Counted from the stretch's first letter, positions 40,134 to 50,277 are shown. The stretch: 64,000 bases of DNA from Limisphaerales bacterium (GCA_044225505.1 JBGAIN010000003.1:1-64000); one strand, 5' to 3'. Notes: generated from the sequence alone by a model not told the origin. Numbers and translations: made by a program.

Positions 40134-41735
40134 ATGAGCTCGCCCTCACCTTCCAACGACGGCATTCGACGGAATTTGCTAGAGCGGTTCGACCACTACG
40201 TGACTGGGTCTCGTCGCCTCTGGCCCAGACGAGTGCAACGTGCAAAAGCGTTCGGCATGGTCCTCACCCTCGCGTGTTCTCTGATGCAAGGAGAGGCCGC
40301 TACTCAGGAGTGGACACAGTTTCGAGGGCCCAATGCTCAGGGTGTCGTTGAAACGGCCGATCCGCCGGTCGAATTTGGCCCCCAGACCAATCTCGTCTGG
40401 AAAGTCGAGATTCCGCCTGGACATTCATCGCCGGTTGTCAGTTCAGGGAAGATCTTCCTGACGAGCTTCACCGACCGGCATCTCTGGACCCACGGTTACG
40501 ACTTGGAAACAGGACGAGAGCTTTGGCGCCAGCGCTGTCCAGCGGAGAATTTTGCCGAGGTGCATGAGTACAATAACCTGGCTGCTTCTACCTTGGTCAC
40601 CGACGGGCACCGAGTCATCCTGTATTCGGGCGATTACGGTGTGCTCGCCTACGACTCCATGGGATCAGAACTTTGGCGGCATCCGCTTCCGTTCGTCACC
40701 AACCGATGGGGTACGGCGAGTTCGCCCATTCTCGCAGAGGATCGCCTGGTCATCGCTCATTTCGGCTTGGGTACTGGTTCCGCATTAGTCGCAATCGAGC
40801 CCCAGACCGGAGCGACTCTCTGGGAAACTCGAAAAGAGTTACCGTCGATGAACCAGTCGACGCCGGTAGTTTGGTTCAAGGATGGACGCAGGCAGATCGT
40901 CGTGTTTGGGGCCGGCCAGCTCATGGGCTTTGACTTCGAGAACGGAAAGGAGCTTTGGTCGGTCGGTGGTTTTCCGCGCATGGTCACGCTGACGCCAGCT
41001 TCCGCCGGGAACCGCATTTTTGTTGGCGCCGCTGGAGTTCTGGGCAATTCGAGCCCCAACTTGCCCACTCCATCGTGGTCCGAGTTGCTGCAAAAATACG
41101 ATCGCGACGGAGACGGTCGCCTGCGTTTGGATGAGTTTCCTCCTGACTTCGAGTTTCTGCAGCGTCCGGATCTCCCGCGAGGAACGTCGGGCCGCGGCGG
41201 GTTTGTCACAGATTGGCTGGGCAAAGATCCGAAGGCTCTCGACGCTTTTTTCGATGCGAAGAAGTACCAAGACATGATCAAAAGCGCAGACTCGTGGAGT
41301 TTGCCCAAGTTTGCTGCGATCGAGCCCGACGGAGGAGGCGAGTTCAGCACGAACGCGGTGCGCTGGACGCTGAATCGGGGTGTGCCAGAAGTTCCGTCGC
41401 CGCTCTATTACCGAGAACGGCTCTACCTCGTTCGGAACGGCGGCTTGCTCAAATGCCTTGACCCGGTGACGGGGCGGCAAGTTTACGACGAGCGTCTTGG
41501 GGCCGGTGGACAATACATCGCCTCTCCCATTGCGGCGGGAGGACGAATCTATTGTTGCTCCGATGCGGGCGTCATTTCGGCTATTGCTGCCGGCGACCAA
41601 CTCTCTACCCTCAGCCGTGTAGATCTAGCGGAACAGCTGACAGCAACGCCGGCTCTGATCGGGAATCGGTTGTGCGTCCGCACCGCGTCTCACCTCTGGC
41701 TCTTCGCCGGATCGACGGTGTCGGCAAGCCGCTAA
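40134..41735 (+). CDS. PQQ-binding-like (BamB-type) beta-propeller protein with EF-hand-like insertion
   Basis: WTQFRGPN, VWKVEIPPGHSSPVV, ASSPIL, QSTPVV, PSPLYY, YIASPI, ATPAL; insertion DRDGDGRLRLDEF. Start possibly 40257. Confidence 0.88.
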   Translation: MSSPSPSNDGIRRNLLERFDHYVTGSRRLWPRRVQRAKAFGMVLTLACSLMQGEAATQEWTQFRGPNAQGVVETADPPVEFGPQTNLVWKVEIPPGHSSPVVSSGKIFLTSFTDRHLWTHGYDLETGRELWRQRCPAENFAEVHEYNNLAASTLVTDGHRVILYSGDYGVLAYDSMGSELWRHPLPFVTNRWGTASSPILAEDRLVIAHFGLGTGSALVAIEPQTGATLWETRKELPSMNQSTPVVWFKDGRRQIVVFGAGQLMGFDFENGKELWSVGGFPRMVTLTPASAGNRIFVGAAGVLGNSSPNLPTPSWSELLQKYDRDGDGRLRLDEFPPDFEFLQRPDLPRGTSGRGGFVTDWLGKDPKALDAFFDAKKYQDMIKSADSWSLPKFAAIEPDGGGEFSTNAVRWTLNRGVPEVPSPLYYRERLYLVRNGGLLKCLDPVTGRQVYDERLGAGGQYIASPIAAGGRIYCCSDAGVISAIAAGDQLSTLSRVDLAEQLTATPALIGNRLCVRTASHLWLFAGSTVSASR

Positions 41736-41763
41736 GCTCGACGGCGACATACCTATTGCATAC

Positions 41764-41950
41764 ATTTTGTTCTTTGGTTCCTGTGTCGCAGAACCAAGCC
41801 ATTCGAGCAAAAGCCTTCACACTCTCCCGAATGGCGGCCATTTCGATTTCTCGGCGTGTTAAAACCACGGGCCAATCCTTCTCCACGAACTCAGCCCTGC
41901 CCACGGCCAAGCTTTCCGCCCAGAGTGCTTCCCGCTTCTGTTCTCTCCAG
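41764..41950 (-). mobile_element. Degenerate 3' remnant of a RAYT-type transposase
   Basis: REALWAESLAVGRAEFVEK..VVLTRREIE resembles the WTESLAVGS.xFVEK C-terminal motif recalled from RAYT-type transposases. No intact upstream frame. Confidence 0.5.
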
Positions 41951-42376
41951 GCAAATCCAGCCCAACCATGTTCCACATTATTCAGCCACAGCCGCTTGTC
42001 TCTGCGACACTGGACTTCGATCAAAAATCACTTCAGCCACCTGAGGTCGCCGGAGCGGGAGCGGCTGATCTCGCCTTTCTATCTGCCGATTTCATTCTCT
42101 CCAGTAAGCCGGGTGGCAAGTTGTCGCACATGCCAGGAGCAAATTGCTCCTGGATTCCTTGGCACCGCCAACGCGTATGGGACGATGCGGCATCCACCAT
42201 CGCCGCGAGGTCGTGAAGGCCACGATGCGGACGGGCGCTACGGCCGTTTCCTTACCAGGCCAACCTTGGGTGCTGTCCCCCAAATTCCGTAAGCTTTCGC
42301 GGCCAGGAGTTTCGCCTCGTCCGCAAGGCGCGAGTGAGGCGCATACCCGTCCCGACAAGCCGGGCATTTGACGCAT

Positions 42377-42403
42377 GGTTTGGGAACGGACCGTTCCCAA
42401 ACC
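42377..42403. repeat. Perfect 13-bp inverted repeat
   Basis: GGTTTGGGAACGG-A-CCGTTCCCAAACC. Confidence 0.9.
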
Positions 42404-42553
42404 GAAGATCGGGTGGTGACAAAAAGTCTCCACGCGCGGCTCGGTGAGCCCGAGCACCGCGGTTCGTGGCTCAAGCTCGAGCTCACCTCTCCTGACCTCA
42501 CGGAAACCCAGGCCGCACTTTTCCATCCGGCACAGCAACTTCATTCGCTGGTA

Positions 42554-42593
42554 ACCCATAGGTGACCCACTGCGGAGTGGGTTACCTGTGGGT
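42554..42593. repeat. REP-like 18-bp hairpin
   Basis: ACCCATAGGTGACCCACT-GCGG-AGTGGGTTACCTGTGGGT; both mismatches are G-U compatible on the + strand. Confidence 0.7.
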
Positions 42594-42801
42594 CAGGTCC
42601 GAATGACGAGGCGATCCAGAGGTAAAGCAGGCCGTCACGCTAATCGGCGAGCATCAGGCCTGTATAAAATCAGCCACAAACACTTTCGCCGACGGCGGAG
42701 CCGCCAATCCATACGGCCGCTCGACCGGTCCCTTGGGTGATAAGTGCAAGCCAATCAAGTTTTCCCTAGTCTTATTTTTGCGAAAAAGGTGTTTTCCTCC
42801 C

Positions 42802-42828
42802 TAAAGATCGTCTCCAGCTAACCGATAC
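42802..42828 (+). promoter_or_regulatory. Sigma-28 (FliA/SigD)-type promoter
   Basis: TAAA(G)-N15-ACCGATAC versus consensus TAAA-N15-GCCGATAA: exact spacing, upstream of a chemosensory operon. Confidence 0.7.
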
Positions 42829-43010
42829 GCATAGTGCCGAGATCCAGAGTTGTGCTGGGTCAGAGCCAGCGTTGTGACGATATTTTTCATCCAGGGGTCA
42901 GCAGGACGTGCGCTTTACGGACATCTCCAGCGGACTGTGTCCGCGCTAGCGGGACTCCTCGGGGGGGCAAACCAGGGACGAAAGGGAATCAATGAGTCAG
43001 GGTTCAATCC

Positions 43011-44126
43011 ATGACCTCTGCTCGACGTTCCCCTCTCGTCTTTGTGGTCGACGATGATGCAATCACGACTTGCATGATCTCGAAGGTGTTACAAAGCGCT
43101 GGGTTTCGGGTCTCGAGTGCGCTGGACGGTGCCAAGGCGATGGCGTGCATTGCGGAGACCGTGCCGGACCTGATCCTTCTGGATGTCAACCTCCCGGATG
43201 CTTGTGGATTGGATATCTGTCGGCGCCTCAAGAGCCAGCCTGGTGCCAGTGAAACCCCCGTCCTTTTCATCTCTTCAAACCATGATACCGCGTCCAAGGT
43301 GAAGGGATTTGAAGCTGGAGCCGTTGATTATATTCCAAAACCGATTGTCGGCGAAGAAGTGATCGCGCGCGTGCGGTCGCATCTGCGCCTGAAGCAGGCT
43401 TACGAAGAGCTCGCGAAACTCCATGCGGAGCGGGTGGAACGTTTGGCCGGAGCTCAAGAAAGTCTCCTGATCACTCCCGAATCGCTTCCCGAAGCGAAGT
43501 TCTCGGTAGCGCTGCGGCAAGTGGTCAAAGCCGGGGGCGATTTCTACGACGTTGTGATCGCAGGGGATCAATTGACGGACTACATCGTGGCCGACGCGAG
43601 CGGCCATGACTGGGGCAGTTCGATCTGGACGGCGGCACTAAAAACGCTGATTGGACAATACGCGACGGCAACCGACTCCCCGTTGACCATCGTCCAGTCG
43701 ATCAACAACGCCCTGCGCCGCATCGTGCCGGAGGGGATCTATTTCACGTTGAGCTACGCACGACTGAACCGGTCGACCGGCCGGCTTCACCTGGTCAACG
43801 CGGGCCACCCGCCAGCGCTGGTGCTGCGCCAAGCAGAGAATCAGACGCTACTGATTGGAGCGGACGGGGATGTGGTCGGGGCCTTTGCCGACGCTTTGTT
43901 TGGAACTTTGGACGTTACGGTCAGGGCTGGAGATCGCGTCTTTTTGCTATCGGATGGATTGATTGAGCTTCACGGATCGCGTGAACAAGGATTGCGGCAA
44001 CTGGAATCGGTTTGCCTACGGCATCGAGATCAGGCTTTGACCGCTGCTGTGGAGGGTACCGTGGAGGTGCTCACCGCCAATACCGAAGTGACGGACGACA
44101 TTCTCCTCATGGGGATTGAGGTATGA
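43011..44126 (+). CDS. Response regulator fused to PP2C/SpoIIE phosphatase (RsbU/RsbY-like)
   Basis: REC: VVDDD, LILLDVNLP, DYIPKP. PP2C: GGDFYD, ADASGH, NAGHPP, LSDGLIE, DDILLM. Confidence 0.93.
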   Translation: MTSARRSPLVFVVDDDAITTCMISKVLQSAGFRVSSALDGAKAMACIAETVPDLILLDVNLPDACGLDICRRLKSQPGASETPVLFISSNHDTASKVKGFEAGAVDYIPKPIVGEEVIARVRSHLRLKQAYEELAKLHAERVERLAGAQESLLITPESLPEAKFSVALRQVVKAGGDFYDVVIAGDQLTDYIVADASGHDWGSSIWTAALKTLIGQYATATDSPLTIVQSINNALRRIVPEGIYFTLSYARLNRSTGRLHLVNAGHPPALVLRQAENQTLLIGADGDVVGAFADALFGTLDVTVRAGDRVFLLSDGLIELHGSREQGLRQLESVCLRHRDQALTAAVEGTVEVLTANTEVTDDILLMGIEV

Positions 44127-44560
44127 AGCGAAGGGCTCCGAAGTATTTTAGCTACGAGCGAACCATCCGGTCGCGCCTGGATGAGGTCCATGGACTCTGC
44201 CTGGAAGTCCGAAAACTGTTGAGCACTAACGAACAGAACGGCGCGAACTTTGGATTCGAATTGGCTGTGCGCGAATGCCTGAACAATGCGGTTCTGCATG
44301 GCAACCTGAATAACCGGCAGAAACACATTTCGTTTGCACTCCGCTCCGGCCGGAAGTGGCTTTGGGTTCAGATTACGGATGAAGGGCCAGGTTTCGATTG
44401 GCGCCGAGCCAACCGCCAACCAGTCGCGGACGAACTCGGAAGCAATGGACGAGGATTAGCCATCATCCGTTCCTATTGTGCGGGGGTCCAATTCAACCGC
44501 CCGGGAAACCGCGTGACGCTGAAACTTCGCCGATCAAAAAGGGAAACAGACAAACCATGA
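44123..44560 (+). CDS. RsbW/SpoIIAB-like anti-sigma factor Ser kinase
   Basis: ECLNNAVLHG, ITDEGPGFD, NGRGLAII; ATGA overlap with the previous gene. Confidence 0.9.
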   Translation: MKRRAPKYFSYERTIRSRLDEVHGLCLEVRKLLSTNEQNGANFGFELAVRECLNNAVLHGNLNNRQKHISFALRSGRKWLWVQITDEGPGFDWRRANRQPVADELGSNGRGLAIIRSYCAGVQFNRPGNRVTLKLRRSKRETDKP

Positions 44561-44877
44561 GCGAATTCACTATTAAGAGAGATACCAAACTTTGCCACGT
44601 CACATTGGCGGACGATCTGACCGCAGTCCAAATTCCGGCGCTCCGGACAGCCCTCAAGGCCGAACTGGATGGCGGTGTCCGGGAGGTCATCGTCGATATG
44701 AACCAGACGGTAATGTTGGACTCCAGTGGCATTGGGTTGCTCATTGCGACGTTTAACACGCTCAACCGCCAACAAGGACGCCTGCGCGTCGTCAATGCGT
44801 CACCGGACATCGTGCAGTTGCTGCAGACGATGCGTTTGGTGAACCGCCTGAACGTGACCGGCCGCGCCAATAATTAA
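44557..44877 (+). CDS. STAS anti-anti-sigma factor (RsbV/SpoIIAA-like)
   Basis: 106 aa from ATG 44557 (ATGA overlap); VIVDM..MLDSSGIGLL with the phospho-Ser site. Confidence 0.92.
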   Translation: MSEFTIKRDTKLCHVTLADDLTAVQIPALRTALKAELDGGVREVIVDMNQTVMLDSSGIGLLIATFNTLNRQQGRLRVVNASPDIVQLLQTMRLVNRLNVTGRANN

Positions 44878-44883
44878 TTGCTT

Positions 44884-47800
44884 ATGGAGGACGAGGTCTT
44901 TAACGAGTTTCTGAACGAGTCCCGCGAGCATCTCGCCAACATCGAGGCTGACCTTCTGGCCATCGAAGAGGCCGGGGCCAATCTCAACGAGGAACTGGTC
45001 AACAAAACGTTCCGCGCCGCTCATTCGATTAAAGGAGGCGCAAGCTTCTTCGGTCTGACCCGGGTCAAAGACCTCGCGCACAAAGCGGAGACCGTGCTCG
45101 ACATGTTGCGTTCCCGGCGCATGACGCCCAACGCCGAGATCACCAATGTGTTGCTGGCCGCGTTTGACCGCTTGCGGGACATGATCAACAACCCGAAGGA
45201 GCGCGAAACAGCGGACATTAGCGAATTGGTGACAAACTTGACAGGGCTAGCTTCCTCCTACTTGCCCGCAGATCAGAAAGCGACCTTAACCCAGACGGTG
45301 ACCCTGTCAGGCGCTAGTGAGGAGCGCCCGGTCAAGGTCAGCCAGGTGGATTTCGATCGCGCTCGGCGTGCGGGTCAGTGTGTCTACGAAATCGATTACG
45401 ACTTAATTCACGACATCGAACAGAAGGGAGCGAACGTTCTCAAGATCTTTCGCGAACTGGAAGAATGCGGCGAGATTCTTGACTGTCAGCTGGACTTGGA
45501 CGCGCTCGGGACTTTAGATGGCCCCATCGGAAAAGAGCTGCCACTGCGGCTGGTTTTCGCTGCCACTCTGGCCCCGGAGAGCGTCCACGAACTGGTGATG
45601 GCTCCGCCCGACCGCATTCAGCTGCTCTTCGACCCGAGCAAGCCCGATTCCCTGCCCCCCGTCTCTACTCCCGAACCCGTCGCCACACCCAGTGCGGAAG
45701 CCGCTCTGGAGACCATCCCGTCGGTCGCACTCGAAACGGACTCCGAACCACCACCGCGATCCGAGTCGGATCCTGAGCCTGCGCCGAGCAACACCGCTTC
45801 AGCGCGGTCCGCTCCGAGTGAGCCAGCGTCGGCCAATGGGACAGCTGGTGCGCCCGCTGCGGCCCAAGAGACGTTGCGTGTCAGCGTCGCCTTGCTCGAG
45901 TCGCTCATGAATCTTGCCGGAGAACTGGTCCTCAGTCGCAATCAACTTTGTGCGTCAACCGCGCAAAAAGATGAGGACGCACTTTCCGCCGCCAGCCAAC
46001 GGATCAATCAGGTGACGTCGGAGCTTCAGGACGCCATCATGCAGACGCGGCTGCAACCGATCGGCAACGTCTTCGCCAAGTTCCCTCGCTTGGTGCGAGA
46101 CATGGCGCAAAGCCTGCAGAAAGAGATCCAACTCGATATTCGCGGCAAAGACGTCGCGCTGGACCGCAGCTTGATCGAGGGTCTTTCCGACCCCCTCACC
46201 CATATGGTGCGCAATGCCGTCGATCATGGCATTGAGCGCCCAGCCGACCGCGTACGCACAGGCAAACCGAGTCTGGGCACGATCCGGCTTGAGGCCCGTC
46301 ACGAGGCCGGTCAGGTCGTCGTCGAAATCGCGGATGACGGCAAGGGAATTGACGTCGCGCGGGTCGCTGATTCGGCCTTGAAAAAGGGACTGGTCACCCA
46401 GGAAAAACTCCGCGCAATGTCAACCCACGACAAATTGGCGCTGATCTTTCTCCCGGGGTTGTCGACGGCAGAAAAGGTGACCGACCTCTCTGGCCGCGGT
46501 GTCGGCATGGATGTGGTGAAGACCAACTTGGAACGTCTCGGCGGGAAGGTTGATATCACCTCCGAGATCGGCAAAGGGTCGCTCTTCCGCATTAAACTAC
46601 CGCTCACGCTAGCCATTATCCCATCCCTAATTGTTTCGGTCGGAAAAGACCGTTTCGCCATTCCTCAGATTAACGTCGAAGAACTCTTGCGGATTCGTCC
46701 CGAAGAGATCCGAAAACGCATCGAAGTGGTCGGTGAAGCGGAGGTGCTGCTGCTCCGGGACAAGATCATTCCGTTGGTTTACCTGGATCGGTTGCTGGCC
46801 GGAAAATCCCAGCCCAATGCCAGTTCGGAAACCACCGCCACCCCAAGCGAATCCACCGCGAACAAAACCCTTGAAGTCGCAGTGGTGACAACTGGCACCA
46901 CCCGCTACGGGCTGGTCGTCAGCACGTTTCACGAAACGGAAGAGATCGTGGTGAAACCGCTCGGCCGCCATTTAAAAGGGCTGCGGGAATATGCGGGCGC
47001 CACCATTCTGGGCGACGGCACAGTCGCCCTCATTCTGGACGTGGCTGGCGTTGCCGGGAAAGCGGAGCTGACCTCCGTCAACCGCCGCACGGACCAGGCC
47101 GCGCATGCCTCCGAAGAAGGCCGCACGGACGAACTTCAGTCACTGCTCCTCTTCCGGAACGCGGTCGATCAAGTCTGCGCTGCGCCGCTGGACAGTGTTT
47201 TACGCATCGAACGCATCACGCCAGATCGGATCGAGACCGTGGGGCAGCGCCGGACCGTTCAGTATCGGGGTGCGTCTCTGCCTCTGGTGACACTCTCGGA
47301 CGCGGCACAAATCCAACCGCTCGCCGACACCCGCGATCTGGCCGTCATTGTCTCCAATGTGCATGGTCGCGAGATCGGGCTCCTGGGCGCGATGCCCGTG
47401 GACGTCGTCGAAAGCCGCGCCGTCGTCGATCGCTCGACGCACCGGCAAACGGGCATTTCAGGCTCGGCTATTATTCGGGATCGCACAACCCTGATCGCGG
47501 ATGTGAGCGAGTTAGTCGCGGCGCTCTATCCTGAGTGGACACAACCCGCGGAACCGGCCACGACATCGGAGACAAGCCCTGGCAGCGTGACCCTTCTCCT
47601 CGCTGAGGATTCGGACTTCTTCCGAGCGCAGATCAAGAAGTACTTAGAGCAAGCTGGCTTCCATGTCCTGGATGCGCCCGACGGTGAAGCCGCTTGGGAT
47701 CTGCTCCTCGATCATGCCAGCCAAGTTCAAGCCGTCGTTACCGATGTGGAAATGCCTCGGCTCACAGGCTTGGAATTAGCGCGCCGCATTCGCGGCGACG

Positions 47801-47976
47801 AACGCGTCTCGAGCCTCCCGGTGATTGCCTTGAGTTCCCTCGCTGGAGAAGAGGATATCGCCAAAGGCAAGGCCGCGGGAGTTGATGATTACTTGGTGAA
47901 GCTCGACCGGGATCAATTGCTCACCAGTGTCAACGCTTTGATCGAACGCAAACCCGCCCTGGAACACGCCCTTTAG
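44884..47976 (+). CDS. cheA: Hybrid CheA (Hpt-P2-like-dimer-HATPase-CheW-CheW-REC)
   Basis: FRAAHSIKG, LMNLAGELVLSRN, HMVRNAVDHG, DDGKGID, SGRGVGMDVV, LPLTLAI, two CheW-like domains, and a REC with AEDS..VTDVEMP..YLVK. Confidence 0.95.
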   Translation: MEDEVFNEFLNESREHLANIEADLLAIEEAGANLNEELVNKTFRAAHSIKGGASFFGLTRVKDLAHKAETVLDMLRSRRMTPNAEITNVLLAAFDRLRDMINNPKERETADISELVTNLTGLASSYLPADQKATLTQTVTLSGASEERPVKVSQVDFDRARRAGQCVYEIDYDLIHDIEQKGANVLKIFRELEECGEILDCQLDLDALGTLDGPIGKELPLRLVFAATLAPESVHELVMAPPDRIQLLFDPSKPDSLPPVSTPEPVATPSAEAALETIPSVALETDSEPPPRSESDPEPAPSNTASARSAPSEPASANGTAGAPAAAQETLRVSVALLESLMNLAGELVLSRNQLCASTAQKDEDALSAASQRINQVTSELQDAIMQTRLQPIGNVFAKFPRLVRDMAQSLQKEIQLDIRGKDVALDRSLIEGLSDPLTHMVRNAVDHGIERPADRVRTGKPSLGTIRLEARHEAGQVVVEIADDGKGIDVARVADSALKKGLVTQEKLRAMSTHDKLALIFLPGLSTAEKVTDLSGRGVGMDVVKTNLERLGGKVDITSEIGKGSLFRIKLPLTLAIIPSLIVSVGKDRFAIPQINVEELLRIRPEEIRKRIEVVGEAEVLLLRDKIIPLVYLDRLLAGKSQPNASSETTATPSESTANKTLEVAVVTTGTTRYGLVVSTFHETEEIVVKPLGRHLKGLREYAGATILGDGTVALILDVAGVAGKAELTSVNRRTDQAAHASEEGRTDELQSLLLFRNAVDQVCAAPLDSVLRIERITPDRIETVGQRRTVQYRGASLPLVTLSDAAQIQPLADTRDLAVIVSNVHGREIGLLGAMPVDVVESRAVVDRSTHRQTGISGSAIIRDRTTLIADVSELVAALYPEWTQPAEPATTSETSPGSVTLLLAEDSDFFRAQIKKYLEQAGFHVLDAPDGEAAWDLLLDHASQVQAVVTDVEMPRLTGLELARRIRGDERVSSLPVIALSSLAGEEDIAKGKAAGVDDYLVKLDRDQLLTSVNALIERKPALEHAL

Positions 47977-48003
47977 AAGATGACTGAAGACTAGATTCGT
48001 ACC

Positions 48004-50277
48004 ATGAACCTGACGACCATTAGATTAGCGAAACGACTGACGATCAGTTTCGGCTCGTTGACCTGCTTAACGATCGCGATGGCGGTGCTCTCGCTGTGGG
48101 GTATTGCCAAAATGCACCGCGCTTCCGAAGAACTTGTCCGGGAGAGCAACCTTAGCCGGCTAGCGTGGGGCGTCATGGACTCAATCGATGGCATTCAGTT
48201 GGAGCTCTTTAAACTCGCTTCGACATCGGACAAAGCCGCTCAGCAACGAGCCCGCGAAGCGATCGAGAAGGCGCGAGCCTCGTACAAATCAGGCATGGAC
48301 TCTCTCCACGCCCAGTCCACCACCGCAACCGGCCGACAACTCGTTGAAGCTATAGCGACCGGAGTGGCGGAAGCTCGCAAAACGAACGATGAGATCATTG
48401 ACCTGGCCACCCATAGCAAGACAACCGAAGCGCTGGCACTTGCCACAGGGCGCGGCAACGAACTGATCGAGAATGTCGACACCAAAATCGAGGCCCTTCT
48501 GCAGTGGCGTGAGAAAGAGATGGCCGAGAAGGTTGCAAAAAACGACGCTTCACTGGTCCAAATGCGCTGGACTCTACTGTCGGCAGCGTTCGCCGTCATT
48601 GCGCTTTCCGGCTTCTTTAGTGTTCTCATTACCCGTAGTATTACTCGACCCATTTCCGCCAATGTCAGCTTGATCGAAACCGTCAGCGGCGGCGATCTTA
48701 CTCACGAAGTGCCCCCCAACTTGCTGCAGCGGCCTGACGAAGCGGGAGATCTATCACGGTCCATTCAAAAGATGATCGAGAATTTCCGCCGACTCCTGCA
48801 CGAAATGTCCGGCGGTGTGCAAACCTTGGCCTCAGCCTCATCCAACCTTTCCGAGGTTTCCAATCAATCGAATACGAGCGTTCGGGCCACATCCGACAAA
48901 GCCTCCACGGTTGCTGCCGCTGCGGAGGAGATGAGCGCCAACGCCACGTCCGTTGCCGCGGGCATGGAACAGGCGACCGCCAACCTGACGACAGTGGCGA
49001 GCGCTACCGAGCAGATGACGTCCACGATCAGCGAGATCGCGACGAATTCAGAGAAAGCCCGTTCCATTACGAGCGAAGCCACGCAGCAAGCCGTTCAAGT
49101 GACACAATCCATGCAGCAGCTCAGCGAAGCAGCGCAAGCGATCGGCATCGTCACCGAAACGATTACCAATATCTCCGATCAAACGAAGCTCCTGGCGTTG
49201 AACGCGACGATTGAAGCGGCTCGAGCGGGCGCCGCTGGCAAAGGTTTCGCCGTGGTCGCGCACGAAATCAAAGAACTGGCGCGACAGACCGCCGAGGCCA
49301 CAGAGGACATCAAATCCAAGGTCGGCGGCATCCAATCATCGACCCAAGGAACCCTGTCGGACCTGAGCCGAATCTCGGACGTCATCAAGCATACCAGCGA
49401 GATCGTGAACACGATCGCGACGGCCATCGAAGAGCAATCGGCCGTCACCAAAGACATCGCGACTAACGTCAGTCAGGCAGCGAGCGGGGTCAAAGACGCC
49501 AACGAACGGGTGGCGCAGATCTCGGTCGTCTCCGGCAGTGTCGCGCGCGACGTGGCCACGGTCAACCAAGCGGCCGGTGATATCGCCACTGGCAGCGAAC
49601 AAGTGATGACGAGCGCGGCAGAATTGTCCCATTTGGCGGAGGGTCTACAAAAGGCCGTCGGTCGATTCCAGCTCCGCTCGGAAGACGTGACTAGCTCACA
49701 ACAAACTCAAGGAACGGTTGCCGAGATGTCCGAGGGAGAATCTGTAATTCCCAGGACAACGCAGCGTCCCTTCATTGAATGGAGCGAAAGCCTGTCCGTG
49801 GGCGTTCCGGCGATGGATAGCCATCACAAGAAGTTGGTGGATCTAATTAACCTGTTGCACACCGCCATGCGCTCAGGACAAGGGCGCCAAGCTGTCGAAC
49901 CAGCCCTGAACGAACTCGGGAAATACGCCGAGTATCATTTTTGCGCCGAAGAGAAGTTAATGAAACAGCACCGCTGCGCCGGTTTGGCAGAGCAGCAAGC
50001 CGCCCATTCCAAACTGGTGGAAACTGTCCGCGACTTGAAACAGAAACTGGCAGCTGGGCAACAAGGGCTCGGCGTGGAAGTGCTCACCATGTTGAAAGAC
50101 TGGCTAGTCAACCACATCCAGAAAAAGGACAAGGGTTGTATGTTGCCGGTTTGCGCTGCCGCCCGGAAGCACTCGGGACCAGGCCGCCATTCTGACCACC
50201 CCGAATCCGGATCCTCTCACCCACAGTCTGTCACCACCCGCTCCACTGCCTCCGAACTTACCCACGTTAACCTATGA
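48004..50277 (+). CDS. Methyl-accepting chemotaxis protein (4-helix-bundle sensor, HAMP) with C-terminal hemerythrin domain
   Basis: 2 TM segments, [61 protein letters not shown]. Confidence 0.93.
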   Translation: MNLTTIRLAKRLTISFGSLTCLTIAMAVLSLWGIAKMHRASEELVRESNLSRLAWGVMDSIDGIQLELFKLASTSDKAAQQRAREAIEKARASYKSGMDSLHAQSTTATGRQLVEAIATGVAEARKTNDEIIDLATHSKTTEALALATGRGNELIENVDTKIEALLQWREKEMAEKVAKNDASLVQMRWTLLSAAFAVIALSGFFSVLITRSITRPISANVSLIETVSGGDLTHEVPPNLLQRPDEAGDLSRSIQKMIENFRRLLHEMSGGVQTLASASSNLSEVSNQSNTSVRATSDKASTVAAAAEEMSANATSVAAGMEQATANLTTVASATEQMTSTISEIATNSEKARSITSEATQQAVQVTQSMQQLSEAAQAIGIVTETITNISDQTKLLALNATIEAARAGAAGKGFAVVAHEIKELARQTAEATEDIKSKVGGIQSSTQGTLSDLSRISDVIKHTSEIVNTIATAIEEQSAVTKDIATNVSQAASGVKDANERVAQISVVSGSVARDVATVNQAAGDIATGSEQVMTSAAELSHLAEGLQKAVGRFQLRSEDVTSSQQTQGTVAEMSEGESVIPRTTQRPFIEWSESLSVGVPAMDSHHKKLVDLINLLHTAMRSGQGRQAVEPALNELGKYAEYHFCAEEKLMKQHRCAGLAEQQAAHSKLVETVRDLKQKLAAGQQGLGVEVLTMLKDWLVNHIQKKDKGCMLPVCAAARKHSGPGRHSDHPESGSSHPQSVTTRSTASELTHVNL

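Noticed and set aside
41552..42565. ORFs of 246, 155 and fewer aa in the gap before the signalling operon
   Set aside because: No motifs or RBS, and they overlap the transposase remnant and palindromes; treated as spurious.
42965..42985. GGCAAACC-A-GGGACGAAAG resembles the c-di-GMP-I (GEMM) riboswitch core
   Set aside because: There is no room for the P2 stem with its GNRA loop (only 1 nt between CC and GG) and no recognisable P3 or tetraloop receptor.
42995..43012. GGTTCAATCC looks like a tRNA T-loop
   Set aside because: No T-stem pairing, cloverleaf or acceptor stem; it abuts the start codon.
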